Shown: in pieces, positions 1 through 13,732 of the stretch
Layout of the letters: the number at the start of each line of letters is the position of its first letter
How positions within the stretch are numbered: the first letter of the stretch is position 1
DNA from: the human T2T-CHM13v2.0 reference genome, Homo sapiens
Direction: 5' to 3' (one strand)
Length of the DNA stretch: 64,000 nucleotides
Assembly (NCBI RefSeq): GCF_009914755.1
Contig: NC_060932.1
Program-made: the position numbers and the translations under genes
The notes under the pieces: model-generated
The model's database searches: none
What the model saw: only the letters and a program-made list of their open reading frames with translations
What the model was told of the DNA's origin: nothing

Positions 1-442
1 GTCAGCTGAATTTTACTGTAAGTAACACACTGAATTTTTCAGCATAGGCTTTTTCCTCCATGTTGCAGTATATTTTCTTTCACTGCAAAACTGACTTTGT
101 AATGAAATTTTCACAATCTGTTTAGCATAGTCCTCTTAGAGTCCTCAGGCAGGTTGTCTGGGCTCATCATGAAGCTCTCAGTTTTGTTGATGAGATCTCT
201 TCCTCCTGAGAGAAAGCAGATGTATACAAACCTACAAACTAGTGGTTATCCTGAACTAATTTAAGGACTAGAAAGCATTAGTGAGACAACCTTATAAAAG
301 ACAACCCTTAAGCTTAAGTAATGGATACAATAATTCATTATTTAAGCCATCTAGAAAAGTAGAAGCATCAGGTTGTTTCACATTTAGGCTTTACTTGTTT
401 AATTGTCTATGGAAATAGTGGTAGGCATTTGTTAGGAAGTAG

Positions 443-682
<240 letters not shown>

Positions 683-2503
683 TGAGTATGACTTTGGAAA
701 AACTAAAATACATGTTTTCACAATTCCCCAGAAAGGGTAGTTTGTTTCATCGGCTAGCACTCTGATATAGGTGGTAGGTTGATGATGCTTTCTCCCTAAA
801 ATCCCCCCGTCTTATCTTCTATTTTTCTCCTTGTGGCAATCTTGCTGTTTACCTTAGATCTCTAATATCTTTCTGTGATTAGTTATCATATATGGCATGT
901 ACTTTGCTTTATATTACATATAGTTTGCTACTTACTTCCTGACTGAATGTCAGCAAGGCTCTTGTTTCTTTAGTCTGGTTTCCTTGGGGCTTATTCATTA
1001 GGCATAAGTTGTATGAGTGATTGAAGCCCAGATGACATGTTTTATAAATACTGTTTATAAATACTAAATATTATTTATGTTAAATACTAAATACTATTTA
1101 TAAATACTAAATACTATTTATGTTAAGAAATAAAAACTATTTCTTAGCATATCTATGTCCTTGGCAGTTGCCAAATTATTTTTTTAACGGTGACTTTTAA
1201 CAAGTGCTGAAGGATAACTAGATCTAATTGCTATGAAATATTCTGAATGGTTATCAATGGTTAGGTTTTGAAAAGATTTAAATAGGTCCTATTGAGGGTT
1301 TACTAAACAATAGGGAAAACATCTGCATTAGTAGTGTTTTTCCTGATGTAGCGTTAAGAGTACAGAATAAAATTTCACTTGCTTTTGTCTATTATTATTT
1401 TATTTACATATTGATGGGGCTTTTCATTAATCTGTAGCATTTAAAGAGGTGAAATTTTTAGGCAAATGCAAAGAAATCTAAAGTAAGGTGGCAATTCCAA
1501 TTTCAGGCTAGTAAGTTTTAAGGTAAAAATCATTAAATATATTTAACATATATAGAAAGTTACTTTATTAGACAGTAGTGAGAGCTTAGAAAGGTGGTCA
1601 AATATAACATAGGATTAAAAAATTAATAATTTCTCACTAGCAGATATTAAAAGTATTATTGCAATTATCTTAAGAGTATGGAATTAGGACATGACCAGTG
1701 GAACCAAGCAAACAGTCCAGAAATAGACCCATGCATATAAGTGAATTTAGGGGAGGGGGTTGTAAAAGCTGTCAAACTGGACAAGAATTGAATTTGGATC
1801 CCTGACTCATACTTGCATGTTTTAGGATATTATTCTGTATAAATTAGAGTACAGACCAGACTGCTGAAATAGACACCCAAAAACAAAGTGGCTTTGACAA
1901 AATAGAGGTTTATTTCACTTCACATTGCTAGGGGTAAATATAATAGTTAAGAACTGATAGGGGAGTTCTGCTGTTCTCAATTCACAGCTTCCCTCCGGGG
2001 TTCCATAGCTCTGGTTCTCATCTTCTCCAGCCAGGGGGAAGAGAAGAAAGGGACCAGGGAGTGAATGTGCATTCCCTTTTAGGGGCATGATTCAGAAGTG
2101 GCTGGCAAATCACTTCTACTCACATCTCCATCTCTAGATCCCAGCCATCTGATCACATCCAGGCCAGAGAAGCTAGGAAGAGCAGTCTCTAGCTCAGGTG
2201 TTCTATTATTAAAGGAGAGAATGGATATTGCCGGAGAGCAGCAATTCCTGCTTCATATCCTACTTCAAAACACTTTCCAGATGAGTTAGAAGTTTAATAT
2301 CAAAAGCAAACTTTAAAGTTTTAGAAGAAAGTGTATGTGAATTGTTTATAATCTTGTAGTGAGGAAAACCTTTAAGCAAGAGAGCAAAGGCAAAAATCAT
2401 GCAGCTTTTTTGTGTTCATATTCATTAATATTAAAAACTATGAAAAGAAAGATGCTTTAAACAAAGTTGAAGACAGACTACAAACTGGGGAAAAATGTGT
2501 CTT

Positions 2504-2617
2504 TCTTTCTTTTGAGAAAGGGTCTCGCTCTGTCACCCAGGCTGGAGTACAGTGGTGCAGTCACAGTTCACTGCAGCCTCCACTTCCTGGACCCAAGCAA
2601 TCCTCCCACCTCAGCCT
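2504..2617 (-). mobile_element. Partial Alu (old, right-arm fragment)
   Basis: gagaaagggtctcgctctgtcacccaggctggag...cctcagcct. Confidence 0.8.
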
Positions 2618-3292
2618 GGGGGAAATATTTCTGACATGGCATAGGCTCTATCTTCAGTGCAAAACTAACTGTTAAGAATAAATATGAAAGGAATATTCCT
2701 CGTAGAAAAATTATGTTCATTATGGTGTTTTATAATGGCGGAACATTGGCTATCAGACATCTGGGGGAGGATATCCATTTTGTGGGATACTCAGTGGCTA
2801 TTCACGTGATGTTATATATTCGGTCCACTGTCCCTCTCCCTAATGTATGAATGTTTGTATTAAGTGGCATAAATAAAAGCTACCAATAACCTCTGATCAT
2901 CTGAGGTCAGGTTTTGCTACCAAATGAGTTTGCCATCAATTAGTAAAAAAAGAATTGTGATTTTCAGGGCTTCATGTATTTATTTACTCATTTGATCACT
3001 GAAATGATACACAAGATTTAAGTAGAACAGAGTAGGTTATAAAACATGCATGTAAACTCCATTTCTACAAAATCTATAGAAAGAAACATTTTTCTTCCTC
3101 AGTGCACAGAAAAATATTTAGGATGAGAGTTGTCAAATATTAACATTGATTCTCTTTGGCAGTTAATATAGGTAATCTTTGTTTTATCTTCATACTTTTT
3201 GAAATGAGCTCATATGGATTTTATTGTGGGCAAAGATAAAGCTTTTTATTTTGGAAAAAACAGTATTTTATTAAATATTTTTTTCTTTTTAG

Positions 3293-3347
3293 TGATAAGA
3301 TGTTTCCAGCTTTTGGTTTTGGCGCTCAGATACCTCCTCAGTGGCAG
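3293..3347 (+). CDS. CPNE3: CPNE3 coding exon ([18 protein letters not shown])
   Basis: ttcttttttag|T acceptor and CAG|gtaaga donor; 55 nt completes the split Ala codon; copine FPAFGFGA motif. Confidence 0.96.
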
Positions 3348-3429
3348 GTAAGAGGAAATCTCTATTTTAAAGCTTTGCCTCCTAGAAAAGCAGCCCAGCC
3401 CTCATCAGTCCTTTGTCCATCTTTGACAG

Positions 3430-3481
3430 GTATCACATGAATTTCCAATGAACTTCAACCCATCCAATCCCTACTGCAATG
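3430..3481 (+). CDS. CPNE3: CPNE3 coding exon ([17 protein letters not shown])
   Basis: ctttgacag|GTA acceptor and G|gtaagt donor; 52 nt; phase consistent with both neighbours. Confidence 0.95.
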
Positions 3482-4061
3482 GTAAGTTAAAAAATAAACA
3501 TGAAGACTTCAAATGGAAAGGCTCACTAGTCTTTGTTATTTTGTTCTTTGTTCTTTGTTTTTTTTCTTGTGATTAAAACTACTCAAATTTCATCTCTAGG
3601 TTTCATTTTCTTACATATTTAACTTTCTGTTGTATAAGGTAGAAGAATTGCACCAGGTTGGTGGTTAGGGTGGTAATGGTAATTACGGGGCAAATCAGTA
3701 TTATGATGATGAAGGTGGTAAGCTAAATCCTCCTACCTTAAGAACTTTAATAGGACAAAAACATTCTCAATCTTTGGAGTAGATCAGTAAAAATATCATA
3801 TATTAAAAGTATTTTTACATATAAATTTATTTAAAAACAAACCTTCAATAAAATGAGTAATTTGATATACAGATCTTTTGAAGCTTTTTTCAGAGTGGTA
3901 GTCACTCTCTACGAAGAGAAAAGTATCCAGCATCTAATACTTGTTGCTCACACAGTATTCTATAAGTAGCTGGGATGGGCAAAAGGAACAAAGAATTGAT
4001 CTTCTATAGCAGCTTTCCTCTGTGTAGAGAGCAGGAGGCAAATATTTGTCTTTCATTTCAC

Positions 4062-4212
4062 TTTTTTCTTTTATTTATTTAAAAAAATAGAGACAAGGTC
4101 TCGCTATGTTGGCCAGGCTGGTCTTGAACTCTTGACCTCAAGCTATCTTCCTGCCTTCTGCCTTGGCCTCCCAAAGTACTGGGATTAGAGGCGTGAGCCA
4201 CCATGCCCAGCC
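4062..4212 (-). mobile_element. Alu left arm / FLAM-like monomer
   Basis: tagagacaaggtctcgctatgttggccaggctgg...gagccaccatgcccagcc. Confidence 0.8.
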
Positions 4213-5084
4213 ACGTTTTACTTTTTTCCTTATACCTCAAGTATCCAAGTGCTGCTTCTTTTTTTTACCACATTGAGCAATCAGCCAGAAATGCCAGCTC
4301 TTCCACTAAATTATATATCAGACTAAAGAGTTTGGAGAAGGCAAGGTAGGTGTGGGAGCAGAGGCATAATTTAAAATTCTAGACAATACTCTAATTTTCT
4401 GCAAAGGGTCCTTTTGACAATTACAAATGTATAGCTTTCTAACAGAAGAAAATGTTTTTTCCTTTTCTTCCTAAACAATATTCATAAGGTGGAAGAGCAT
4501 GAACAATTTTTGTGGCGGCCGTTTGCAATATGGTTTTGTTCTTTTCCCCAGAACACTTTTTCCATACTAATTCAGTGTTCTTTGAGGCACTTTCAGTGAC
4601 TGGTTGTGACCTCTTTTATTCCCTAGCCATTTGAAACTGGGAATGTTATTCTTTTTAAGAAATATGCTTCATTTTTATAATGAAAGTGGATAATCTTTAG
4701 AATTTGTTGTAATTAGCTTTCATTTATTGTAAATGAATATGGATGACATATCATATGATAATTCATTTTAGAAGTTCAGTCACTCTGTGAGTAATGTAAG
4801 CCCATCCTTGGGCTGTTCACCAGGTGGTTTACACTCTGGAAAAAGCATCAGTTTGGTTTTAAACAAAGGAGATACTATACAGCAAAAAGCTCAGAGCCTT
4901 ATTTTAAGGCAAGGAAGTTTAATCCCCTTTTCCTAACTAATCATTGAATCTAGTTGCCTTAGAAATAATATGCCTTAGAAATAACTTGTTACTTTGATGC
5001 ATAGAAAGGGTTTTGGCATAATTCAGTTTTAATTAAGGAATTGAAAGCTCTTGATATTTGTGAAGAAATTATTATTATTATTAA

Positions 5085-5416
<332 letters not shown>

Positions 5417-5632
5417 TAAATGAATTATTTATACCTTTGTTACTACTGGACTGACTACTAGTAACATGGACCTTCTGCATGTAAAATCACCCCTGCCTAT
5501 GAATTAGTTATGTTCTCAAAGGTTGTTCATAAGACTACCTGTTCCTAAATTCAAAGAAACTAAGAGGAGTTTATTGGAACTCTTACATTTTAAGAGAAGA
5601 GAGTTGGTTTCCTGAAGCTTTCAAGCCAAGTA

Positions 5633-5923
5633 TGGTCATGCACTAAAAATGACATTTTAGTCAAGGACAGACCACATGTATGACAGTAGGCCCATAAGAT
5701 TTTAATATTTTATTTTTACTGTAAAGACATAGAAAAGGTACAGTTGCTATAATTGCCTACATTATTCAGCATAGCAATATGCAGTACAGGTTTTTAACCT
5801 AGGAGTAATAGGCTATACCATCTAGGTTTGTGTAAGTATACTCTATGATGTTCATACGATGATGAAATCACCTAACGATGCATTTCTCAGAATTTATCCC
5901 CATTGGTAAGTGACACATGACTG
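5633..5923 (+). mobile_element. Tigger3/GOLEM-type TcMar DNA transposon relic
   Basis: Degenerate TIRs (ta)tggtcatgcac... and ...cacatgactg(ta); catttctcagaa subterminal motif. Confidence 0.7.
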
Positions 5924-6175
5924 TATATGCTTCTCCTTTTTGTTGATCTGTGTTCTCTTAGACATTTTAAAAGCAAGAGACCTGTTTTGATTTACATTAA
6001 GTTTTTTTTTTTTTTTTTGTGGCAAGTATCTGTGATGATCTCAGCAAGTATTGTTGGAAATTCTTTAGAATTTCTGTTATCCTGTCTGCATCCTAAATGC
6101 TGTGATATTAAGGGCAGATTCAACAGGTGCTTGTGTGGGATACAAGTTTCATCAGCAGTGCTTTGACCAGCAATG

Positions 6176-6445
6176 TCAGTCAGCTTTCACTGGGTTGTGC
6201 TGTTGTAATAAACAATCTCTAAATCTCAGTGGCTTTAATGACAACAGTTTATTTCTTGCTCATTTTACATGCAGCTAGGCTGGAGTTCTCTCCATGTTTC
6301 TTATATTGGGACTCAGGCTGAAGGAACAGCCTTATCTGGGATGTGCTGCTCCTACGGCAGAGGAAAGGAGCAAGAGAGCTGGAAAAAACAGGCAGTAGTT
6401 CTTAAGACATCTCCTTAGGTATGGGTGTCACATGCATTGGTCAAA
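6176..6445 (-). mobile_element. Old MLT1-family LTR fragment
   Basis: ctgttgtaataaacaatctctaaatctcagtggcttt...tttatttcttgctca. Confidence 0.55.
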
Positions 6446-7062
6446 GCTAATCAAATGGTCCTGTCCAACTTTCTATTATAAAATGCACCAGCAGGTCTAG
6501 GGGTAGTACCCCTAAACAAACACATCAGTGCTTCTGCAGCAAAATGGATAAGTAACCTGGAAGTGAATATTTGGAACTAATGCAGTCTGTGATACAATGA
6601 TTAACCTTTAACTTATTGAATAAACACTTGTATCAGTTAATTAACTAGAATTAATATTAGGTTTATCGCCATCTGGTATTTTTGTAGAACCTCTGGCCAT
6701 ATATGCAAATGATTTTTCATTTTATTAATAACTCTTTCTTACCTTTCATCATCAGTTGTATGATGTGAAACCTTTTTCATGGTTTTCTATCAGAGCCACA
6801 TTCCCAACATGTATTAAAAATTAAGCACAGATGTAACAGTCCTACCGTAGACTAATAAGTAATTTGACTGAGATGAAAGTAAATCCCTTCTATTGGGGGA
6901 GGACAGAGCTTATAGGTTTTTGCAATGGATCATACCTATGGAGTTATGTAATACATAGCTTAGAGGAACTACTGCTTATAGAACTTTTGACTATTTAAAG
7001 CACTATATGTTGATACATATAATCAAATTAGCCAGTATTGTGAATAAACACATTGTGCTTGA

Positions 7063-7278
<216 letters not shown>

Positions 7279-8308
7279 TAGCAGCTCCTGGTGCCATTTT
7301 TCTATGTTTTTGGTTTGTCATAATACAAAGTCAGGGCAAGATACAATAACACAGTCATTCTTGGTTTGGGAGTAACTTTTGTTGTTGTTATACTAGTGAT
7401 CGTTAAAAATAAGACAACAGCAAAACAACACTTGGCATTCATGAGTCTTTTATCCTTGGAATTAACTTTCTTAGATAGGTTCTACCAAAAAAAAAAAAAT
7501 GCCTATCATCTACCTTTTTGAAGTAGACATAACAAATTAAGCTTAAGGAAAGTTACCACATCAGATGCTGTTGCAAGATTTCTTATTGTACTAAAGATAT
7601 TTGAATGAGGTAACCATTACCTATTGGACCGTGGATACCAAATTTCTCTTAGCCTCAGCATATTCAGAAGTAAGTTAGGGGAAACTACCTCATACTGTTG
7701 TTGAAAAGGTTAGATAATTCATATAAAGTACACAATGCCTGGGTCAGAGTAAACACTCAACATATGTTAACTAATATTGTAAATCTTATTCCTATTCTAG
7801 ACTTAAATGGCCCAAAAGATGGAGTCACTACTTGATGTAACATTTTACTGCTCTCTGAAAAGGTTTATCTTAGGTGACACAATCTGGGGGATGATTTCAT
7901 CACTTAAACCATATCTATTTTTTTGTGTGTATTTTAGCTTCTAAAATTTTTGTATTCTAATATTCTAATTCTAATAATTTTTGTATTTATTTGATCTTCT
8001 GAGAATGAAGTTTCCACTTGCCTCCTTGATAGATACTTTGACATATTTAATACTTGAGTTAAAACTGTTTATTCCTAGCCTTACTGAAAGGTTAATCTTT
8101 GACATTTAGATGTCCTGCTTCCATATATTTTGCCAACCCTATTTTGTGGTCTGCTGCGCTTTTAATGAACCTGCAGTTTTTGTAAGAGTCAATTTCCTTG
8201 TCATCAGAGAAGCTTAGAATATTTTATGTGGTGGTAGCTAGGGTAGAGACTGGCAAGGAAAATGAACAAGAAAGACTGGATGACTCATCAAGCCAGAGAT
8301 GCCATTAG

Positions 8309-8668
<360 letters not shown>

Positions 8669-8899
8669 TAGGTGTGCAGGGTTAGAGGATGTGTGAACAC
8701 TTTCCTTTGTCCATTTGAGAGCTCCGATTTGGTTTAGCAGTGTTGCTTCAGGATGTTCATTATGTGCTTCTTGCAGGCTATATGATAAATTGTTTTAAAA
8801 TAGTATTGTGACTCTCTCAAGTATTTTATCTTTACCTTTGTAACAACAGGAAAAAACTCTTATGTAACTGTATGCCAAATCCCCCTCAAGCTGGAAGTT

Positions 8900-10230
8900 T
8901 AGTTTGATGAATATCTCTTAGAAGACTATTTTACCCAGTTTACTCCAGTAGTAACATATTGCAGAGCTATAGTACAGAATCACAACCAGGATACTTACAG
9001 TGGTATAATCAAGATGCATCATAAGGATCCCCCTGGTTGCCCTTTTATAACCACATCCCCTTCTTTCTACTTCTAGCCCTTCCTTAACCTTGGAAACCAC
9101 TTACTAATATAGTCTTCATTTCTATAATCTTATCATTTCAAGAATATCATATAAATGGAATCGTACAATATACAACCTTTTGGGATTGGCTTTTTTTCCA
9201 CTCAGCATCACTCTCGAGAATCACCAAGTTTTTGCAAGTACTTCTTTTTATTGCTGAGTCATATTCCATGGTATGGATGCACCACCATTTGTGTAACCGT
9301 TACCCCACAGAAGGACAGCTGGCTGTTGCCTGTTTTTCTCTCTGATACATAAGGCTACTATAAACATTTACGCATGGGTTTTTGTTGTTGTTGTTGTTTG
9401 TTTGTTTTGTTTTTGTTTTGAGACAGAGTCTTGCTCTGTCACCCAGGCTGGAGTACAGTACTGCAACTTCCGCCTCCTGGGTTCAAGTGATTCTCATGCC
9501 TCAGCCTCCCGAATAGCTGGGATTACAGGTGTGCACCACTATGCCTGGCAATTTTTTTCTATTTTTTAGTAGAGACAGGGTTTTACCACGTTGGCCAGGC
9601 TGGTCTCAAACTCCTGGCCTCAAGTGATCCACTCGCCTCGGCCTCCCTAAGTGCTGGGATTACAGCCGTGTGCCACCGCACCCAGCCTATTCATGGATTT
9701 TTGAGCAAACATAAGTTTTTATTCCTCTGGGATAAATACCTAGGACTACAGTTGCTGGGTTATACGGTAGTTGCATGTTTAATTCTTAAAGCAGTTGTTA
9801 AACTCTTCTAAAGTGGCTATATCATTTAACATTCCCACCAGCAATGGAAGGGGAGGAAGTGGAGTGTTGTGATTATAAAGTAGTAATGTTAGGTAGGGAT
9901 CTTTGTGGTGTTGAGGCAGTTCTGTATCTCAATTGTGGTGGTGGTTAAACAGATCTATCCAGATGACAAAATTGCATCGAATTATACAGAAACAAACACA
10001 CACACATACACACACACACACACACAAATGAGTAATGTAAAACTAGAAATCAGAGTAAGTTCTGTGAACTGTATCAGTGTCAGCTGCCTGGTTTTGGTTT
10101 TGATACTGTACTATAGTTATGCAAGATGTTACCTTTGGAGGAATCTGGGTGAAGGGTGCATGGTACCTTTCTTTACTGTTTTTGCAACTTCCTATGAATC
10201 TATAAATGTTGTAAAAAAAAGTAAAAAAAA
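8900..10230. mobile_element. Old L1M 3'-region fragments, both orientations
   Basis: cattcccaccagcaatg, atattccatggtatggatg and ctatagttatgcaagatgttac motifs typical of L1MB/L1MC/L1ME 3' ends. Confidence 0.55.
9380..9687 (-). mobile_element. AluS inserted in an old L1 fragment
   Basis: Two-arm Alu; TSD-like catgggttttt / catggattttt. Confidence 0.88.
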
Positions 10231-10539
10231 ATTAATACCAAGTAAGTGAAAGAACCACATTTAAAAGTTATAAAACAACAACAACAAAATCATCAAATGT
10301 TAGAATGCTGGCACCGAAAAAGGACTTGACAAATGTTAGCAGGGATAGTAATAGCAATCATAAGTAACATTGGCTAGTTAACTCATTCCATATTTCATGG
10401 GCGGTTCCTAAGAAAAGGTACAGGCCTATGAATTAGAATTGCTTCATTTTAGTGGCTGCTGAAGTATCCCTAGTCTTTTATGAAAAAGCCAGGAAAATTC
10501 AGTTGCTAATAAAGTCACTTTTATTTTGTTTTTCACAAG

Positions 10540-10662
10540 GCTCCAAAAGAAGCACTTGCTCAGTGTGTCTTGGCAGAGATTCCCCAGCAGGTGGTGGGCT
10601 ACTTCAATACATACAAACTCCTTCCTCCCAAGAACCCAGCCACGAAACAACAGAAGCAGTGA
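10540..10662 (+). CDS. CPNE3: CPNE3 last coding exon ([40 protein letters not shown])
   Basis: ttttcacaag|GCT acceptor; VLAEIP copine motif; TGA stop at 10660-10662. Confidence 0.96.
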   Translation, partial: APKEALAQCVLAEIPQQVVGYFNTYKLLPPKNPATKQQKQ

Positions 10663-12959
10663 CCACTTCAACAGAATTCTTTTGTGTTATGTGGAGCAAT
10701 GCCATCTCTCACCCCAAATCGTGTATCTGTCATTCTACGTACTTTTTACCCCCAGCATTTATGATGTAAATCTCTTTCTCTATGGATTATATCTGTTTAA
10801 AGCATTCTTTCTAGGTTATTTTGGGGGGACAGTGCCAAGTCCATCTTTGCCCAGTCAATTCAGTGATTGATAGCAATTTACATTAATTGCAGTAAAGCTC
10901 TTTGGATTAGAAATTAGTGTGGGGAAAGCTTATTCTGTTGTTGTTTTTGTTTACTTTCATATGATGAAAATGCTGTGTTTAAGTGTTTGTCAATAGGAAG
11001 AATGGAAAACTGTTGGGATGATGTGGTTTGCAGGTTGCTGTGCCTGATTCACAGTGTATGTTGTATAAGCCAATGTCCATACCTGATTATGAGAGCTTCT
11101 TAAATTATATGATATCAAATTTGTTCCTGTAACTCTGTATACAGTGCTTTTCTGCAAGGTAAAAATAACCTGTCTATGCATCTGATTTTTGCTACAGTTT
11201 AGACACTGTGGTTTACAAAACAGCATGCACTCAACTTGGGACTTTATGAAAAGTACTGAATGAGCAGGAAAAGGCGCATACTCAGTTTTTTAAATGTACA
11301 ATCAACAAGTAAAAATAACCTCATGTAAGTAAGCCATTTTTATTTGCCTTTCTAGATATTTTATTTTATTGTGGAAAACTGTAAACATGGTCAGATTTGG
11401 CTTTTTTTTTCATTAACTGAGCAAGACTTTCAGGATATTGTAGATGCACAGATGGTAGGTTGTCCTGAATTCTACATTATTAGATTACTTTAATTGAGAT
11501 TTGTTAAAACGGTTAGGACTGTTTTGTCCAGGAAAGATAAGAGGACCAAACATATAAGGTGAAATTCAGAATTCCGTTTCCTTCTAACTAATGAAAAACT
11601 GCTTACTAAAAAAAAATTTTATACTTTCCTTGCTAAGGTCCCATATATTGATTTGTACAGATCCACTTAGTCATTTTCTCCTTTTTTTAAGAACCATTTT
11701 CATCTGATTTTTAAACTCACGATACCAGTTATCTGTTAATCAAAATTGCATTTTACAATTTAATAATGTGATATTTCCTATGTCTACAGCATACCTTATT
11801 AGGTATAAAACCTACTGCAACTTAGAAAAAGGAAAGAAAAAAGAAGACTTTTCCAACTGCTGCATTAAGATAGGGTGGATTTTATGTGCTTTTTTTTTTT
11901 AAGAGTTGAATTTCTTTTCCTGACTTTTACCTTTTACAGCGTATTACTTAGTGAACATTACATTTTCAGAATAGATCCTAATATTTTATTGAGGGCCTAT
12001 GTGCTAAAAACTATGCATATCTATATATTGGCCAATTATCTTTAATAATTTACCTTTTGAAATTGCATGTTTATCATATATCCTTAAGTGGACACATACA
12101 GTGCCATGTTGATGTGCCTCTCAGTTTTATTGAAAAGCTGCCCCACAGCCCATGTCTCTTGTTCTCTGCAATGCCTCAAGGGAGTGAGCTCTCAACCACA
12201 GATAGCTGTGGCTTCTCAGAAGCAGCTCATTGCCAAGGCCAGGCTGAGAGGGGACCTGCTTGCTGTGGTGGTTGCCTAGCCCAGATGAGCATTTACCTAC
12301 CACCTTCCCACTTGGCTAGCTGTCCTTTGGATATGTGCTGTTAACTGGGGAAGGCATCTAACTAGTAGCCTGCTACTCCATAGTATGGCTCAATAGATGA
12401 CACATCATTTTGACATTATCAATAGGAGAAAAGAAAACTAACCCTTCTTCTGATTGTTTGGAGCCATAGTTGTCTCAGATGTTCTAATTCTCTTTGTATG
12501 CTTGGAAACAGCATAGATATGTTGCTGTGGTTTTCAGAATTTTCTCTTTTAATCACAAGAAGCCTTTTAAAAAATGACTTACACATATTCTCAATGTACA
12601 GTAAAACAGACAGAAGTGAGCTTATCTGTTTGATGCTGTGGCAGGGTCCCAGTCACTGGGCATATCCTCCTTCTCCTTAACCAGCTTCTCAGCAGCCCCT
12701 GAGTCACCTGCACAAGGTGCTTGGGAACTGCTGGTTATGAGCATTCCTGGTTTTCTTCAGCCAAATAACAGGTAATCACTGTCAATTGGATTTGGTCTTC
12801 ATTATTTTATATTCTGATTTTATCAGAATTATTCTATTTTAAAATTGTTTTAAAATTTAAAAACATTTAATTCATGATCATGTTCATCAGTAGATGCTAT
12901 TATTCATAAGAACTGTGATTCCAGCAAACTAGGGTAATTGGTGCCTTTTTACAGTTTTG

Positions 12960-12965
12960 AATAAA
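12960..12965 (+). terminator. Candidate proximal polyadenylation signal AATAAA in CPNE3 3'UTR
   Basis: Canonical hexamer in the UTR; an ATTAAA also occurs at 13046-13051. Confidence 0.4.
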
Positions 12966-13726
12966 AGCATTTACAATTTCTAAATTATCAGTTTTCACAG
13001 TTTCAGCACTCAACCTCATCATACGCTGATTTAATATTGTTTTACATTAAAATAGTCCTTTTCCCTGTTGTGCCACCATTCATTTAAGTGCTGTTTGTTC
13101 TTAAAATGCATTTAAAGAAAAATTACCCATATTGACTTTCACACCTCATATAATCAGATCTATTACAAATATATATCGGAGTGACGGTGCCCAGGATAGA
13201 TGTAATATTTCTTACAGATGCTGGCACAGAGGAAATAATATACCAGCTAATCTAGTCACCTAACCTTGTGGTTAGAATTGCAATTTTAAGACCAGAAAAA
13301 TTTGAAGTCTGATCAGAGATTTACAACTGTTCATTATAGTGGTGCCTTAGGCAATCTTTCCAAAGTAAATTCAGGGCCCCATTGCTACTTATGCCATATT
13401 TGGACATACTTTTTTTTTCTTCAATTTTGTAAACTTCCTGGAAAGCTGTCTTCACTAAGTATCCCCTAGTCTCTATATATGTGGTTAGTAGTCATGGAAA
13501 TGACACATAAAGTACGCCAGAAGTTTGATGGAACGTGTTAGAAACTGTTTTGTGCTTTTATGGATGTCATACTTGACAATACATGTGTAAGTTACTAATA
13601 TATGAATTGATGCTAAATATATCTTACATTTGAATTCCTTTTGGATAAAGTTATTTCTTGATGTGACAGAGTAGTGTGTTTTCATTTTTATTCTTTACAT
13701 GTGACCAAAACAATAGAAAAGTTAAA

Positions 13727-13732
13727 AATAAA
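13727..13732 (+). terminator. Distal polyadenylation signal AATAAA of CPNE3
   Basis: Canonical hexamer followed by tatagtgttttaggtggcctttgactt; L2-like repeat sequence resumes shortly after. Confidence 0.7.

Noticed and set aside
1040-1125. Imperfect AT-rich tandem repeat (tttataaatactaaa...)
   Set aside because: Low-complexity slippage with no evidence of function; similar to the 14-bp duplication at 4955-4984.
10452-10870. ORFs of 105 aa and 114 aa over the CPNE3 last exon
   Set aside because: Alternative frames with non-ATG starts in the intron; the spliced frame (APKEALAQ) is the one matching copine.
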